Shown: positions 40,289-49,897, counted from the stretch's first letter. The stretch is DNA of 64,000 nt from a bacterium (GCA_963662285.2 CAXXMV010000001.1:960001-1024000); one strand, 5' to 3'. Made by a program: numbers and translations. Notes: generated from the letters alone by a model not told the origin.

Positions 40289-41797
40289 TCAAAGCGATAA
40301 ACGTTTCAAAAAGAGGACTCCGGTTCTGGTATCACGGCTGAATAAATAAAAAGAACGCCCGATAAAACTACCTGATAGTTCTTTATTTCGACGCCCAAGA
40401 TGCCATGCATATACAACATCCGAGTCTGCTGGATCAGGCAAATTGCGAATCAGGTCGCCCTGAGTCATATCACCGCTGGGAACTGCTACGAATACCACTG
40501 CGTCATGCAAATCATGCCGCTTTACCAATCGATATAGAGCACGCCTGTCATATATCTGTTCTGCATAGAAGGCGCCATGCTTCCAAAGCATAAATCCATT
40601 AGCGGTAAGTACAACAATGACAATATATAACAACAATTTTCTTTTTAGTATACTTTTCTCTAAGGATAATATTCCCGCCGTTGCCAGTAATATTATAAAA
40701 ACGACAGATTCATAATAAAACCGGGGTCCATATTGATTCCCGCCATCAGATGGATACAGCATGTAACCCAGCGGTAGAAGGAATGCTGAAATCGCAAAAT
40801 AGCGAAACCATTTATTATTTCTTTTACGCCACATACCCCATAGGGCTATAAGCGGAGCGCCGGGCGTTATCCACAAAAATAATCGCCCACAATTAATTAA
40901 AAGATTTCTGATTGCATCAGTTAAGCCATAGTGCTGAGTCTCAATATAATCAAACACTCGAATTACCCGGTCGCCGAATCCCAAACGTTCGCTTTCTAAC
41001 AAAAATCTTGCCGGACGCAGCCAATTACCTGTAAGAGACTGATTATTATAAATATAAAACATAAAAAAGGGTGAAGCGCCAATCACAAACCAGGCAATAA
41101 ATAGTTTCCGGTTAAATGAATGTCGCGCGATTCCAACAATTGGAATCGCCAAAAGCAAAATCGCTGTATATTCACGGGTAATAAAGGCCAGGGAAGCAAA
41201 GAAACCAGTTAATAGAGCATATATGCCTATTTCCATGCGATCCCACAATATTAAAGACACAATGGCGAGCATTACACATAAAAGGCAAGCAGGATGGGAG
41301 AAATAAGAGGCGCCGTTAAATAGAAAGAAGGGACAAATTACAGTCAGGGCAGTACTGATCCAGGCGCCTTTCCGTCCCATCAAAATCCACCCAAGAGCGA
41401 ATACGACCAGAACGGTTATTCCTCCAATAATTGGATTTACCAACGCAGGGACGCCCCAAAACATGCCTATTGACAGAATCAACGACCATCCCGGAGGGAA
41501 AATCGAAAAAACTTTCCCCTCATGCGTCAAAATATAAAAAGGTGAGAGAAATTCCTGATGAGGATGTTCTGGCGCAGACAGGCGACCTTGCGCAAATACT
41601 TGAGCTTGAAAAATATAGGCATGCTCATCAGCTGAATTCGGAAAACTTTGAAGAACATAACGGGATATACAAAACAAGGCTATTGTGGTTAACAAAACCA
41701 ATACAAGTAGAATCACCAACTCAGTTTTGTCGGGATATTGCTTTGATATTGAATTCGTTTGACAAGATACTTTTCTTTTTACTGATAACATTGACAC
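40289..41797 (-). CDS. GT-C membrane glycosyltransferase (PMT/ArnT-like)
   Basis: SADE.AY in the first loop, FPPGWS, about 11 TM helices, YGPRFYYE. Start uncertain. Confidence 0.72.
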   Translation of the reverse strand: MSMLSVKRKVSCQTNSISKQYPDKTELVILLVLVLLTTIALFCISRYVLQSFPNSADEHAYIFQAQVFAQGRLSAPEHPHQEFLSPFYILTHEGKVFSIFPPGWSLILSIGMFWGVPALVNPIIGGITVLVVFALGWILMGRKGAWISTALTVICPFFLFNGASYFSHPACLLCVMLAIVSLILWDRMEIGIYALLTGFFASLAFITREYTAILLLAIPIVGIARHSFNRKLFIAWFVIGASPFFMFYIYNNQSLTGNWLRPARFLLESERLGFGDRVIRVFDYIETQHYGLTDAIRNLLINCGRLFLWITPGAPLIALWGMWRKRNNKWFRYFAISAFLLPLGYMLYPSDGGNQYGPRFYYESVVFIILLATAGILSLEKSILKRKLLLYIVIVVLTANGFMLWKHGAFYAEQIYDRRALYRLVKRHDLHDAVVFVAVPSGDMTQGDLIRNLPDPADSDVVYAWHLGRRNKELSGSFIGRSFYLFSRDTRTGVLFLKRLSL

Positions 41798-41916
41798 CGT
41801 GTTTTTGAGTAATTGACATAATGATATTCTGACTGGCGATTAGAAAACCAAACGTGATAATTATCGAACATATTTTTGATAATCGCTCTATCACTCAAAG
41901 TAATTGACATAATAAC

Positions 41917-41947
41917 AGAAAAAGCCTCTTCTGAAGAGGCTTTTTCT
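41917..41947. terminator. Intrinsic terminator downstream of dxs
   Basis: AGAAAAAGCCTCTTCTGAAGAGGCTTTTTCT, a near-perfect palindrome with T tails on both strands. Confidence 0.75.
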
Positions 41948-41975
41948 TATCAAAACAAATTTACATAATTATAGA

Positions 41976-43886
41976 CTATTTTACCGCCGCTATTTTTTTT
42001 ATGTTCTTGGATTGAACAAAATCCACTATCCGTTTAGCGACTTGCTCAGGCAACAGGTTATGTTCTTCAAAAATCTGGTTGCGCGTTCCATGTTCAATAA
42101 TTTCATCGGGAACAGCCATCCTTAGAAGAGAAATGTTGCCTAATCTCATATCTTGAAGCGCTTCTGCAACAATACTGGAGAATCCACCGGCAATTGAATG
42201 ATCTTCATAGGTGGCGAAATGGGTATGATTCTCGGCCAGTTTTTTAATCAGTTCATGGTCAAGCGGTTTGGCGAAACGCATATTGACTACAGTAGGATTG
42301 ATGCCATCCTTACGCAAAAATTCCGCTGCTTCCAACGCCCGGTGCACCATGTAGCCATAAGCCAATATCGCTACGCCAGAGCCTTCCTGCAAGACTTTTC
42401 CCTTGCCGATGGCAATGGGTTCTTCTTCAGGCGACCAGTCTACGCCCTCGCCAGCAGACCGCGGATAACGCACTGCAAAAGGACCATCATGAGCTAAAGC
42501 CGTCCATAGCATTTGCGAAAGTTCACGCTCATTGGCAGCAGCCGCTAACACAATACCGGGGACTGAACGAAGAAACGCGATATCATACAATCCCTGATGG
42601 GTTGCGCCATCATCGCCAATAACCCCACCACGATCTATCGCAAAAATGACTGGAAGTTTCTGAATGCCGACATCGTGATACACCTGGTCATAGGCGCGTT
42701 GCAGGAAGGTGGAATAGATTGCGGCAACCGGGCGGATGCCTTCACATGCCATACCGCAAGCCAACATAATTGCGTGCTGCTCGGCGATGCCCACATCAAA
42801 GAAATTATCGGGATGCTCTTTAGATAACCTTGAAAGCCCAGTACCTGAAGCCATAGCTGCCGTGATACCGACGACTTTAGGATTCTTTTCCACCATTTTA
42901 CAGATAACATCGCTAAAAACGCTGGTATAACTTGGTGGTGTTGGCGTTAATGCCGGGATTTTAGATTTTTTCGGCTCGCCAGTAGCTTTTATAAACGGCT
43001 TGGCGCCATGCCAACTGGCGGGATCTTCTTCGGCTGGTTCGTAGCCATGTCCCTTTTCAGTCAAAACATGGAGCAGTAAAGGACCTTTCAAATCTTTAAG
43101 ACTGGTCAACGTCTCAATCAGAAGATCAATATCATGGCCATTGATAGGCCCGAAGTAACGAAATCCTAATTCTTCAAAAAACACGCCGGGCACAATAAGC
43201 GACTTGATACTCTCTTCGACCTTCTGCAAACGCTTCATCAGCGAATTGCCAATGCTCTTTTCGAGAAACTTATCGACGCCTTCTTTGGTTTTATTATAAT
43301 AATAGCTGCTGATAAGCCGGTTGAGGTGATGCGATATACCGCCGACATTAGGAGAGATGGACATATTGTTGTCATTGAGAATAACTAGCAGATCGGTTTT
43401 TAACTCTCCCGCATGATCCAAACCTTCGTAGGCGACGCCGCCGGTCAAGCCGCCATCTCCAATTATGGCGACGACTTTATTATCCCCGCCATTCAAATCA
43501 CGACCCGCAGCTAAACCCACCGCAGCGGATACAGACGTGCTGGCATGACCCGTCCCAAAATGATCGTGAGGACTTTCCCAACGGCGTGGAAATCCACTAA
43601 CGCCTTCATATTGGCGCAAGGTATGAAAATTATCCCGGCGACCAGTAAGCAACTTATGCCCGTAGCATTGATGACCGACATCCCAGACGATCTTGTCTTT
43701 GGGACTCTCAAGAACGCGATGAAGAGCAATAGTCAACTCCACTGCGCCTAATCCCGGCGCCAGATGCCCGCCTTTTTCGCTCACAACATCAATAATCTTC
43801 TTACGAATATCTTTAGCAAGAATATTTAACTCTTCTATGCTTAAATCACGTAAATCTTCAGGACCATTAATCTTTTCAAGAACCAT
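41976..43886 (-). CDS. dxs: 1-deoxy-D-xylulose-5-phosphate synthase
   Basis: GGHL, WDVGHQ.Y.HK, GHASTS, IGDGGLTGG...NDN, DVGIAEQH, YSTFLQRAYDQ. Confidence 0.97.
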   Translation of the reverse strand: MVLEKINGPEDLRDLSIEELNILAKDIRKKIIDVVSEKGGHLAPGLGAVELTIALHRVLESPKDKIVWDVGHQCYGHKLLTGRRDNFHTLRQYEGVSGFPRRWESPHDHFGTGHASTSVSAAVGLAAGRDLNGGDNKVVAIIGDGGLTGGVAYEGLDHAGELKTDLLVILNDNNMSISPNVGGISHHLNRLISSYYYNKTKEGVDKFLEKSIGNSLMKRLQKVEESIKSLIVPGVFFEELGFRYFGPINGHDIDLLIETLTSLKDLKGPLLLHVLTEKGHGYEPAEEDPASWHGAKPFIKATGEPKKSKIPALTPTPPSYTSVFSDVICKMVEKNPKVVGITAAMASGTGLSRLSKEHPDNFFDVGIAEQHAIMLACGMACEGIRPVAAIYSTFLQRAYDQVYHDVGIQKLPVIFAIDRGGVIGDDGATHQGLYDIAFLRSVPGIVLAAAANERELSQMLWTALAHDGPFAVRYPRSAGEGVDWSPEEEPIAIGKGKVLQEGSGVAILAYGYMVHRALEAAEFLRKDGINPTVVNMRFAKPLDHELIKKLAENHTHFATYEDHSIAGGFSSIVAEALQDMRLGNISLLRMAVPDEIIEHGTRNQIFEEHNLLPEQVAKRIVDFVQSKNIKKIAAVK

Positions 43887-43919
43887 TGAAAATAACCTAA
43901 TTTCTTCGTAATTAAACTC

Positions 43920-44033
43920 TAGAGGGATAATCAGTATTTTGTTTGTTTCTCATAACATTTGATCTACAAAGAAGCCGCTCTTTACAGGCTTTCTCGAATC
44001 GAGAATAAGAACTTTATTATGAGAATCCCTCTA
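43920..44033. repeat. TAGAG-ended MITE-like element
   Basis: TAGAGGGAT ... ATCCCTCTA perfect 9-bp inverted ends. The right end (reverse complement TAGAGGGATTCTCATAATAA) matches 58495-58514 at 18/20. Confidence 0.6.
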
Positions 44034-44039
44034 ATCTAT

Positions 44040-45014
44040 TTATGCCTGACGCTCAACCAGAATAGTGGTTAAATCTATCAGGACTGAAGCGCGGTCGCCT
44101 TCGCATTCTAACAGTGACAAGACGCTATCGCGAAGTGAATTAACGCGTTTTCTTGATTCATCTAAACCAATCAGCGATGGATATGTTAATTTATCCCGCG
44201 CTTCATCGCTTCCGGCGTTTTTACCTATCACCGCCGTATCGCCAACTACATCTAAAATATCATCCACTACCTGAAAGATTAATCCAAGATGGGTTCCAAC
44301 TTCTCTAAGTAATTCAATATCCGCTTTGGATGCTGAAACCATGTGGGCGCCCATGAGCAAAGAGGCTCGAATCAGGGCAGCCGTTTTATGTAGGTGTATA
44401 TATTCTAGCACTTCTTCCGTTCCAGGCTTACTCTCATACTCCAAATCCACCGCCTGTCCCGCCACCATGCCGGGATAACCGCACGCAAAAGCCAATTCCC
44501 GCGCAGTTCGCAACGCCTGTAAAGCCAGGTTGTCGGGCAAACTTGAGAGCAACTGAAAACCCAGGGTGTGCAATGCATCAGACGATAACACAGCCAACGC
44601 TTCACCAAAAACAATATGAGAAGTCGGTCTTCCACGGCGTAATTCATCATCATCCATGCAGGGAAGATCATCATGCACTAAAGAATAAGTATGCACCAAT
44701 TCAATTGCGCATGCAGCAGTGAGCAATGATTGTTTCAAATTATCATCTACGCCATCCCAAGTATTTCCACTATACGAGTCATTACCTGATACGCCCCGGC
44801 AAAAATCTGCTCCGGCTAAAACCAGAATCGGTCGAATCCGCTTGCCGCCTGCTTCCAAGGGGTAACGTAATGCTTTATGTAATTGGGCAGCCATACCTTC
44901 CAACGGAGGCAGCAACGACCACAGTTTTTCTTCAACCTCTTTTTTGCGCCGCGCTAGATAGGCTTTGCAACCTTGCGTCGATGATTGAGATTTTTTTTCT
45001 TCTGAATTATTCAT
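44040..45014 (-). CDS. ispA: Farnesyl/geranylgeranyl diphosphate synthase
   Basis: GGKRIRP, SLVHDDLPCMDDDELRRG, GQAVDL, KT, FQVVDDILD; xseB-ispA-dxs synteny. Confidence 0.93.
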   Translation of the reverse strand: MNNSEEKKSQSSTQGCKAYLARRKKEVEEKLWSLLPPLEGMAAQLHKALRYPLEAGGKRIRPILVLAGADFCRGVSGNDSYSGNTWDGVDDNLKQSLLTAACAIELVHTYSLVHDDLPCMDDDELRRGRPTSHIVFGEALAVLSSDALHTLGFQLLSSLPDNLALQALRTARELAFACGYPGMVAGQAVDLEYESKPGTEEVLEYIHLHKTAALIRASLLMGAHMVSASKADIELLREVGTHLGLIFQVVDDILDVVGDTAVIGKNAGSDEARDKLTYPSLIGLDESRKRVNSLRDSVLSLLECEGDRASVLIDLTTILVERQA

Positions 45015-45197
45015 GGAGCCAGCCTATTATTAAAATATACGTCCATACCTGATGAGTCGTCAAAAAGTGTACGGCGGACGAAAGGTACGCTATACCTTGG
45101 ATAAATCAACCTAGAACACCACAAATTATTGTGCTCATGAAAACTATTTTAGACTTTTTACCATTTCATCATACCTCAAGCAACCATAAGAGCCATT

Positions 45198-45449
45198 CTA
45201 TTCATCTACAACTCCATCAAACGGCTCTTCGCTCCATCCCGAACCGGAATCCGCCGCTAATTTGGTGATGCGGGTTTCGACGTTATCGATCCGTTCAGAG
45301 CACTTTTTAACCAGCCCAGCCCCTTCGACAAAACAAGATTCCATTTCATCCAGGGTCAAGCCGCCTTGATCAAATTTGGCGATTATTTCTTCGAGACGCT
45401 GCATGCCTTCTTCAAAATCAAATGAATCCGCGTTTTTTTTTGCACTCAT
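45198..45449 (-). CDS. xseB: Exodeoxyribonuclease VII small subunit
   Basis: FEEGMQRLEEII...LTLDE...EG..L...C; follows xseA. Confidence 0.9.
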   Translation of the reverse strand: MSAKKNADSFDFEEGMQRLEEIIAKFDQGGLTLDEMESCFVEGAGLVKKCSERIDNVETRITKLAADSGSGWSEEPFDGVVDE

Positions 45450-45453
45450 GCTC

Positions 45454-46734
45454 TTAATCCTCTTTGACTACCCGAACTGCGAAGGCGCCATCAGAAACCA
45501 TAACCTGAATTGAATCGTCCGCCTTAACATCAGCAACCCGACATACTAAATATCCTTCATTGGTACGGCAAATGGAATATCCTCTGGCAAGATTTCGAGC
45601 GGGATCATAACTGTGCAGCAGATGATCGTAACGCCGGACTGTTTGACGCCGCTGTTCAAGCGCGTGTAAAATAAACCGTTGCAGAGATTCCTTATAGTTC
45701 TTGCATGACAAACGCTTTTGCTGAGTCATTGACTCGCAAGCGCGAATCATCGCCGCCATAATATCATCTAAACGCTGACGTTTTTGCGCAATAACCGTGA
45801 TGGGATGATAGCGCTTGAGCGCCTGTTGAGAAACCTCCAGGCGTTCCTTCTCCCGTTCTAGAAGAGGAACGATTAATCGAAAAAGCCTATCGCGATGTAA
45901 ATGCAGATTCGCACGATGATTCTCAAACAAATCAAGCACTAACTGCCCGGCTGCAGTAGGAGTCGGCGCACGCAGATCAGCGACGAAATCTGAGATAGTA
46001 AAATCTATTTCATGCCCAATCGCTGAAATCACCGGCAAATCAGACTTATGTATGGCCCGCGCCACTATCTCTTCATTGAATGACCATAGGTCTTCAAGGC
46101 TGCCGCCGCCGCGACACAAAACAATCAGATCGAACTCACCGCTCTGGTTAACGGCCTCAATCATACGTGATATTTCAGCTGCGGATTCTTCACCCTGAAC
46201 CAAGACAGGGCAAACAGTACAACAGACAGGACAATGTCCTGCAGTAACAATGCGGAGAAAATCACGCACCGCCGCGCCGGTTGGAGAAGTAATAACAGCA
46301 ACTTTGCGTGGAAAATCCGGTAATAATTTCTTATTTTCAAAATCAAAAAGCCCTTCTTCAGACAGTATACGCTTCAATGCATCAAAACGTTGCTGAAGAG
46401 CGCCAATCCCGGCCAAGCGTATAGTGGAAACAACTAACTGATATTGTCCACGGGGTGGATAAAGCGTTATATTGCCGCCAGTTATCACCTCAACGCCATC
46501 TTGCAAATCCAATCCCCCCCAACGCGCCACGGTTCCCTTCCACGCCACGCATTCAAGAACCGCATTTGCATCTTTAAGGCGAAAATAGGCATGACCGGAT
46601 GGAGCTCGCTTAAATCCGGATAATTCTCCCCTAACCTGAACCCAGTCATACTCCTCTTCCAACTTCTGTCGAATTTCATTAGTCAGGCTGGAAACGCTAT
46701 AGAGCGGCTGGGCTGCTTCTGCTTCCTTAATCAT
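45454..46734 (-). CDS. xseA: Exodeoxyribonuclease VII large subunit
   Basis: GELS...SGHAYF.LKD, TSPTGAAVRD, RGGGSLEDLWSFNEE, SAIGHEIDFTISDFVADLRAPTPTAA. Confidence 0.96.
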   Translation of the reverse strand: MIKEAEAAQPLYSVSSLTNEIRQKLEEEYDWVQVRGELSGFKRAPSGHAYFRLKDANAVLECVAWKGTVARWGGLDLQDGVEVITGGNITLYPPRGQYQLVVSTIRLAGIGALQQRFDALKRILSEEGLFDFENKKLLPDFPRKVAVITSPTGAAVRDFLRIVTAGHCPVCCTVCPVLVQGEESAAEISRMIEAVNQSGEFDLIVLCRGGGSLEDLWSFNEEIVARAIHKSDLPVISAIGHEIDFTISDFVADLRAPTPTAAGQLVLDLFENHRANLHLHRDRLFRLIVPLLEREKERLEVSQQALKRYHPITVIAQKRQRLDDIMAAMIRACESMTQQKRLSCKNYKESLQRFILHALEQRRQTVRRYDHLLHSYDPARNLARGYSICRTNEGYLVCRVADVKADDSIQVMVSDGAFAVRVVKED

Positions 46735-46763
46735 TCAATTCCCGATTCGTGTTTCTAAATTCA

Positions 46764-46797
46764 CCCTTACCCTAACCTGATCCCGAAGGGAGGGGAT
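46764..46797 (+). repeat. BoxC-like repeat (degenerate)
   Basis: CCCTTACCCTAACCTGATCCCGAAGGGAGGGGAT resembles the 14987-15022 element. Confidence 0.5.
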
Positions 46798-46830
46798 TTG
46801 ATTAGCCAACATTTATGGATAACAAAGATA

Positions 46831-47616
46831 CTATACAGCGGCGCCAGGATACAGGATGCGCTCTATCGATTCGGCATTCCCGGTTTTTTCGTCAACCGAT
46901 ATTACTACTCCCGCAACCTTAAGATTATGCTTGGAAATACGAAAAGGAACCTTCATTCCTGTAACAAATCTCCTGGTTGCAGTTTCAATATCCATACCGA
47001 TAACAGAATCAAAAGCGCCCGTCATTCCAGCATCAGTAATATACGCCGTACCCCCTGACATTATTCTCTCATCAGCAGTCGGGACATGAGTATGCGTGCC
47101 GATTACGGCGCTTACCCGTCCATTCATATACCATCCAAGCGCCATTTTTTCAGAAGTGGCTTCTCCATGAATATCTACTAGAATAATTGCCTGATTGCCA
47201 ATTTCTTCAAGCATTTTATCCACAGCCTGAAAGGGACAATCAATGGGGGTCATATATAGTCGGCAACATAATTGCGCAACAACAATATTGCATCCATTTT
47301 GCGCAGTGACGGATGTCCATCCATGACCCGGAACATCCAGGGGATAATTATAGGCTCGCACGATACAAGTGTCTGTATCTATGAAAGATAGAACATCTTT
47401 ATTATCCCAGGCATGATTTCCTAAAGTAATGGCTTCAACGCCTGCATCGTATAACTCCTGAGCAACAGCTTTGCTGATGCCTTTACCTCCGGCGGAATTT
47501 TCACCGTTGGCGATACAGAAATCAATTTTATATTCTTCTATGATAGATTGTAAATTATCTTTTAATACAGCGCGTCCAGGACGAGCGAAGACATCTCCGA
47601 TAAATAGTATTTTCAT
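46831..47616 (-). CDS. ymdB: TIGR00282/YmdB metallophosphoesterase
   Basis: LFIGDV, NGENSAGG, TLGNH, DIHGEATSEK, GTHTHVPTAD, TDAGMTG. Confidence 0.93.
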   Translation of the reverse strand: MKILFIGDVFARPGRAVLKDNLQSIIEEYKIDFCIANGENSAGGKGISKAVAQELYDAGVEAITLGNHAWDNKDVLSFIDTDTCIVRAYNYPLDVPGHGWTSVTAQNGCNIVVAQLCCRLYMTPIDCPFQAVDKMLEEIGNQAIILVDIHGEATSEKMALGWYMNGRVSAVIGTHTHVPTADERIMSGGTAYITDAGMTGAFDSVIGMDIETATRRFVTGMKVPFRISKHNLKVAGVVISVDEKTGNAESIERILYPGAAV

Positions 47617-47656
47617 TCACTAAACTTTCTAAAATTCACAATATACTAAGTATATA

Positions 47657-48511
47657 TTAAGATGCTCTAAGTTGAAGATAGTCCCGCAACGCATCCTGCC
47701 ATGATCGCAAAGGCCCAAGTCCCGCACTGATTATTTTACTATTATCCAAACATGAATTAACCGGGCGCCGGGCGGGAGCGCCATATTCACTCGCTGTTAC
47801 GGGAATCAACTGAACAGACATATTGGACTGATCAAAAATCTCCTGCGCAAACTCCATCCAGGTGCATCCACCACTATTGGTAACATGATATACGCCATAG
47901 TTTTTGGTTTCTACCAAGCGTCTTATGACATTAGCGGCATCTGTAGTATAGGTGGGAGAAAGAGATTCATCGCTGACAATCCGTAAAGGATTGCCTTTCG
48001 ATCCTAAACGAAGCATGGCTTCCACAAAATTGGTACCTTTCATTCTGCTGGGAGTCAAACCAAACAATCCAGCTACCCGCACAATATAATTTTTGTTCCA
48101 TAAAGAATTAAGGTAATGCTCCCCAGCCAGTTTGGTTATACCATAGGCATTAAGAGGCGAAGCCGGATCGTCTTCGACATAAGGCGAGTCTTTGAAACCG
48201 TCAAAAACATAATTAGTACTGACATGCACCAATGGGATATCCCATTTTTTACACGCCAATGCAAGGTTTCGAGGCCCAAGCGCATTGACTTCAAAGGCTC
48301 GAATATGCTCGCGCTCGCATTCATCTACGCGGGTAAAAGCGGCGGCGTTAATAACCAGATCAGGAGCGGTAAAAGCTACTTGCTGTTGAACGGATGCTTC
48401 ATCCGTAATATCCATATCTTCAGAGGTATATTGCGTTATCTGGCAATCATCAAACGCTTTAATTAAATCAGTGCCAAGTTGTCCACGCGCGCCAATTATC
48501 AAAACCTGCAT
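47657..48511 (-). CDS. rfbD: dTDP-4-dehydrorhamnose reductase
   Basis: GARGQLG, NAAAFTRVD.CE, STNYVFDG, YGITKLAGE, SPTY, A.RP..S.LD. ATG 48511 follows GGAGG. Confidence 0.93.
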   Translation of the reverse strand: MQVLIIGARGQLGTDLIKAFDDCQITQYTSEDMDITDEASVQQQVAFTAPDLVINAAAFTRVDECEREHIRAFEVNALGPRNLALACKKWDIPLVHVSTNYVFDGFKDSPYVEDDPASPLNAYGITKLAGEHYLNSLWNKNYIVRVAGLFGLTPSRMKGTNFVEAMLRLGSKGNPLRIVSDESLSPTYTTDAANVIRRLVETKNYGVYHVTNSGGCTWMEFAQEIFDQSNMSVQLIPVTASEYGAPARRPVNSCLDNSKIISAGLGPLRSWQDALRDYLQLRAS

Positions 48512-48561
48512 AAAACAAACCTCCATTAGAGTTACTTAGAGAATAATTTATTATATCGGCT

Positions 48562-48603
48562 TGTGAAGCATTTGTGGAGAAACAGTGAACAAGTTGTGGA
48601 TTT
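48562..48603 (-). promoter_or_regulatory. Array of four degenerate DnaA-box-like 9-mers at 11-bp period
   Basis: Minus strand AAATCCACA-ac-TTGTTCACT-gt-TTCTCCACA-aa-TGCTTCACA, followed by AGCCG and an AT-rich tract. Confidence 0.4.
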
Positions 48604-48702
48604 CTTTTCAATAAGCAAAAATTTCAAAGGATTGAAAAAATCAAAGAAAAGCAGCTTAATTAATAAAATCTGACCAAATACCAATGATTAAGGAGTTTTC
48701 TC

Positions 48703-48897
48703 ATGACTGATTGCAATAATAATGTAAATTGCACTTGCACATATTCCAACTGCGCCAAACATGGAAAGTGCTGTGAATGCATTAAATACCATCTGCGTAT
48801 GCAAGAACTGCCCGCTTGTTGCTTCCCTTCTAATGTCGAGCGCTCATACGACCGTTCATTCAGAAAATTCATCGAAACATACAAGGATAAGGTATAA
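48703..48897 (+). CDS. Small cysteine-rich protein (DUF6485-like)
   Basis: CTCTYSNC.KHGKCCECI.YH....ELPACCF...ERSYDRS; SD AAGGAG. Confidence 0.8.
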   Translation: MTDCNNNVNCTCTYSNCAKHGKCCECIKYHLRMQELPACCFPSNVERSYDRSFRKFIETYKDKV

Positions 48898-48917
48898 CCG
48901 TATAAGATATATAATAG

Positions 48918-48954
48918 AGTAAAGGCGTGCAGTTTAAGCCTGCACGCCTTTACT
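48918..48954. terminator. Hairpin terminator between convergent genes
   Basis: AGTAAAGGCGTGCAG-TTTAAGC-CTGCACGCCTTTACT, perfect 15-bp stem. Confidence 0.75.
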
Positions 48955-48999
48955 AATCGTTATTAATCAAGGAGTTGTATCCAACCTATAAGTTTTTAT

Positions 49000-49440
49000 T
49001 CAATTTTGAAAATTGATTTTTATAGGTATGGGAACCGATTTTGTCATTTTGGGCAAATATAGTGTGAGAATTCCGTTCTCATGCTTTTGCGTCACATTGC
49101 TTTTAACAACTTGAGCAGGCAAAGAAATATTAACCGAAAAAGGACCACATTCGCTATCAAAACAATGCTGACAATCACTTGATTGCGAAAGCGCACTTTG
49201 AACCAGAACAGCAGTATCATTAACGGTTGCATCTACCACATCAGGATTAATGCCCGGTAACTCTACATCCACAATAAATCGATCAGATTCTTCGAATATT
49301 TTGGTTGCCGGGCCCCACGATAAGTCATCTGTTTCACGGACGACGAATGCTTTTGGCAAGAGCGCCAGCGATAACTTGCTATCAGGTTTATCTCTTGGAA
49401 TCCGGCGGCTATTCTTTGTATTATCTGAAAAAGTGAACAT
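49000..49440 (-). CDS. Hsp20/alpha-crystallin family protein (divergent)
   Basis: P..KIFE..DRFIVDVELPGI...GPF...ISLP..V......ENGILTLYLPK; SD AAGGAG. Confidence 0.8.
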   Translation of the reverse strand: MFTFSDNTKNSRRIPRDKPDSKLSLALLPKAFVVRETDDLSWGPATKIFEESDRFIVDVELPGINPDVVDATVNDTAVLVQSALSQSSDCQHCFDSECGPFSVNISLPAQVVKSNVTQKHENGILTLYLPKMTKSVPIPIKINFQN

Positions 49441-49608
49441 TGTTCATCTCCTTAGTGCTTACTAAATATATCTCAATAAAATCCAAATTGATTTTTTTTA
49501 TCTATCATTTTAACATTTTATTTTCTGCAATAACTTTTGGTGTTTTTAATTGATCTATACATAATTCATATTTTTTTAATACTTACTCTAACAATATATT
49601 TAATATAA

Positions 49609-49623
49609 ACAATAATCAGGCCA
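49609..49623 (-). promoter_or_regulatory. Putative sigma-54 (-24/-12) promoter for hsp20
   Basis: TGGCCTGATTATTGT versus consensus TGGCACGnnnnTTGC; spacing is correct but the -12 element is GT. Confidence 0.4.
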
Positions 49624-49738
49624 CTTTGTCATTTTCTTTCAAAAAACCACGCATCATTCCAAAGAAAACCCTGATTTACGATCAAAAACAATTGAAAATA
49701 ATTATCACCATGGTTTATAAATAGAAATACTTTTTATT

Positions 49739-49763
49739 TATTTGCGCCACAATGGCGCAAATA
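49739..49763. promoter_or_regulatory. Palindromic NtrC/bEBP-like binding site
   Basis: TATTTGCGCCA-CAA-TGGCGCAAATA, perfect 11-bp arms; resembles NtrC TGCACCA-N3-TGGTGCA. Confidence 0.5.
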
Positions 49764-49897
49764 TCATGATGTCAAAGGCTTCTTATTCAAGCCAGGAATT
49801 CTCATAAATGATAATCTTCTAAATATGCATAAATACGTTATTATAAAAAGAATTCTGAATCTGTTAAAACATGACGAGAATGTTTAACATCCACTCC

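Noticed and set aside
13500-47224. Isolated perfect DnaA boxes (about 13500, 17171, 40867, 47216)
   Set aside because: Single copies inside coding regions, not clustered; not enough evidence.
49441-49470. CIRCE operator before hsp20 (TAAGCACT on the minus strand)
   Set aside because: Only a partial half-site; no TTAGCACTC-N9-GAGTGCTAA.
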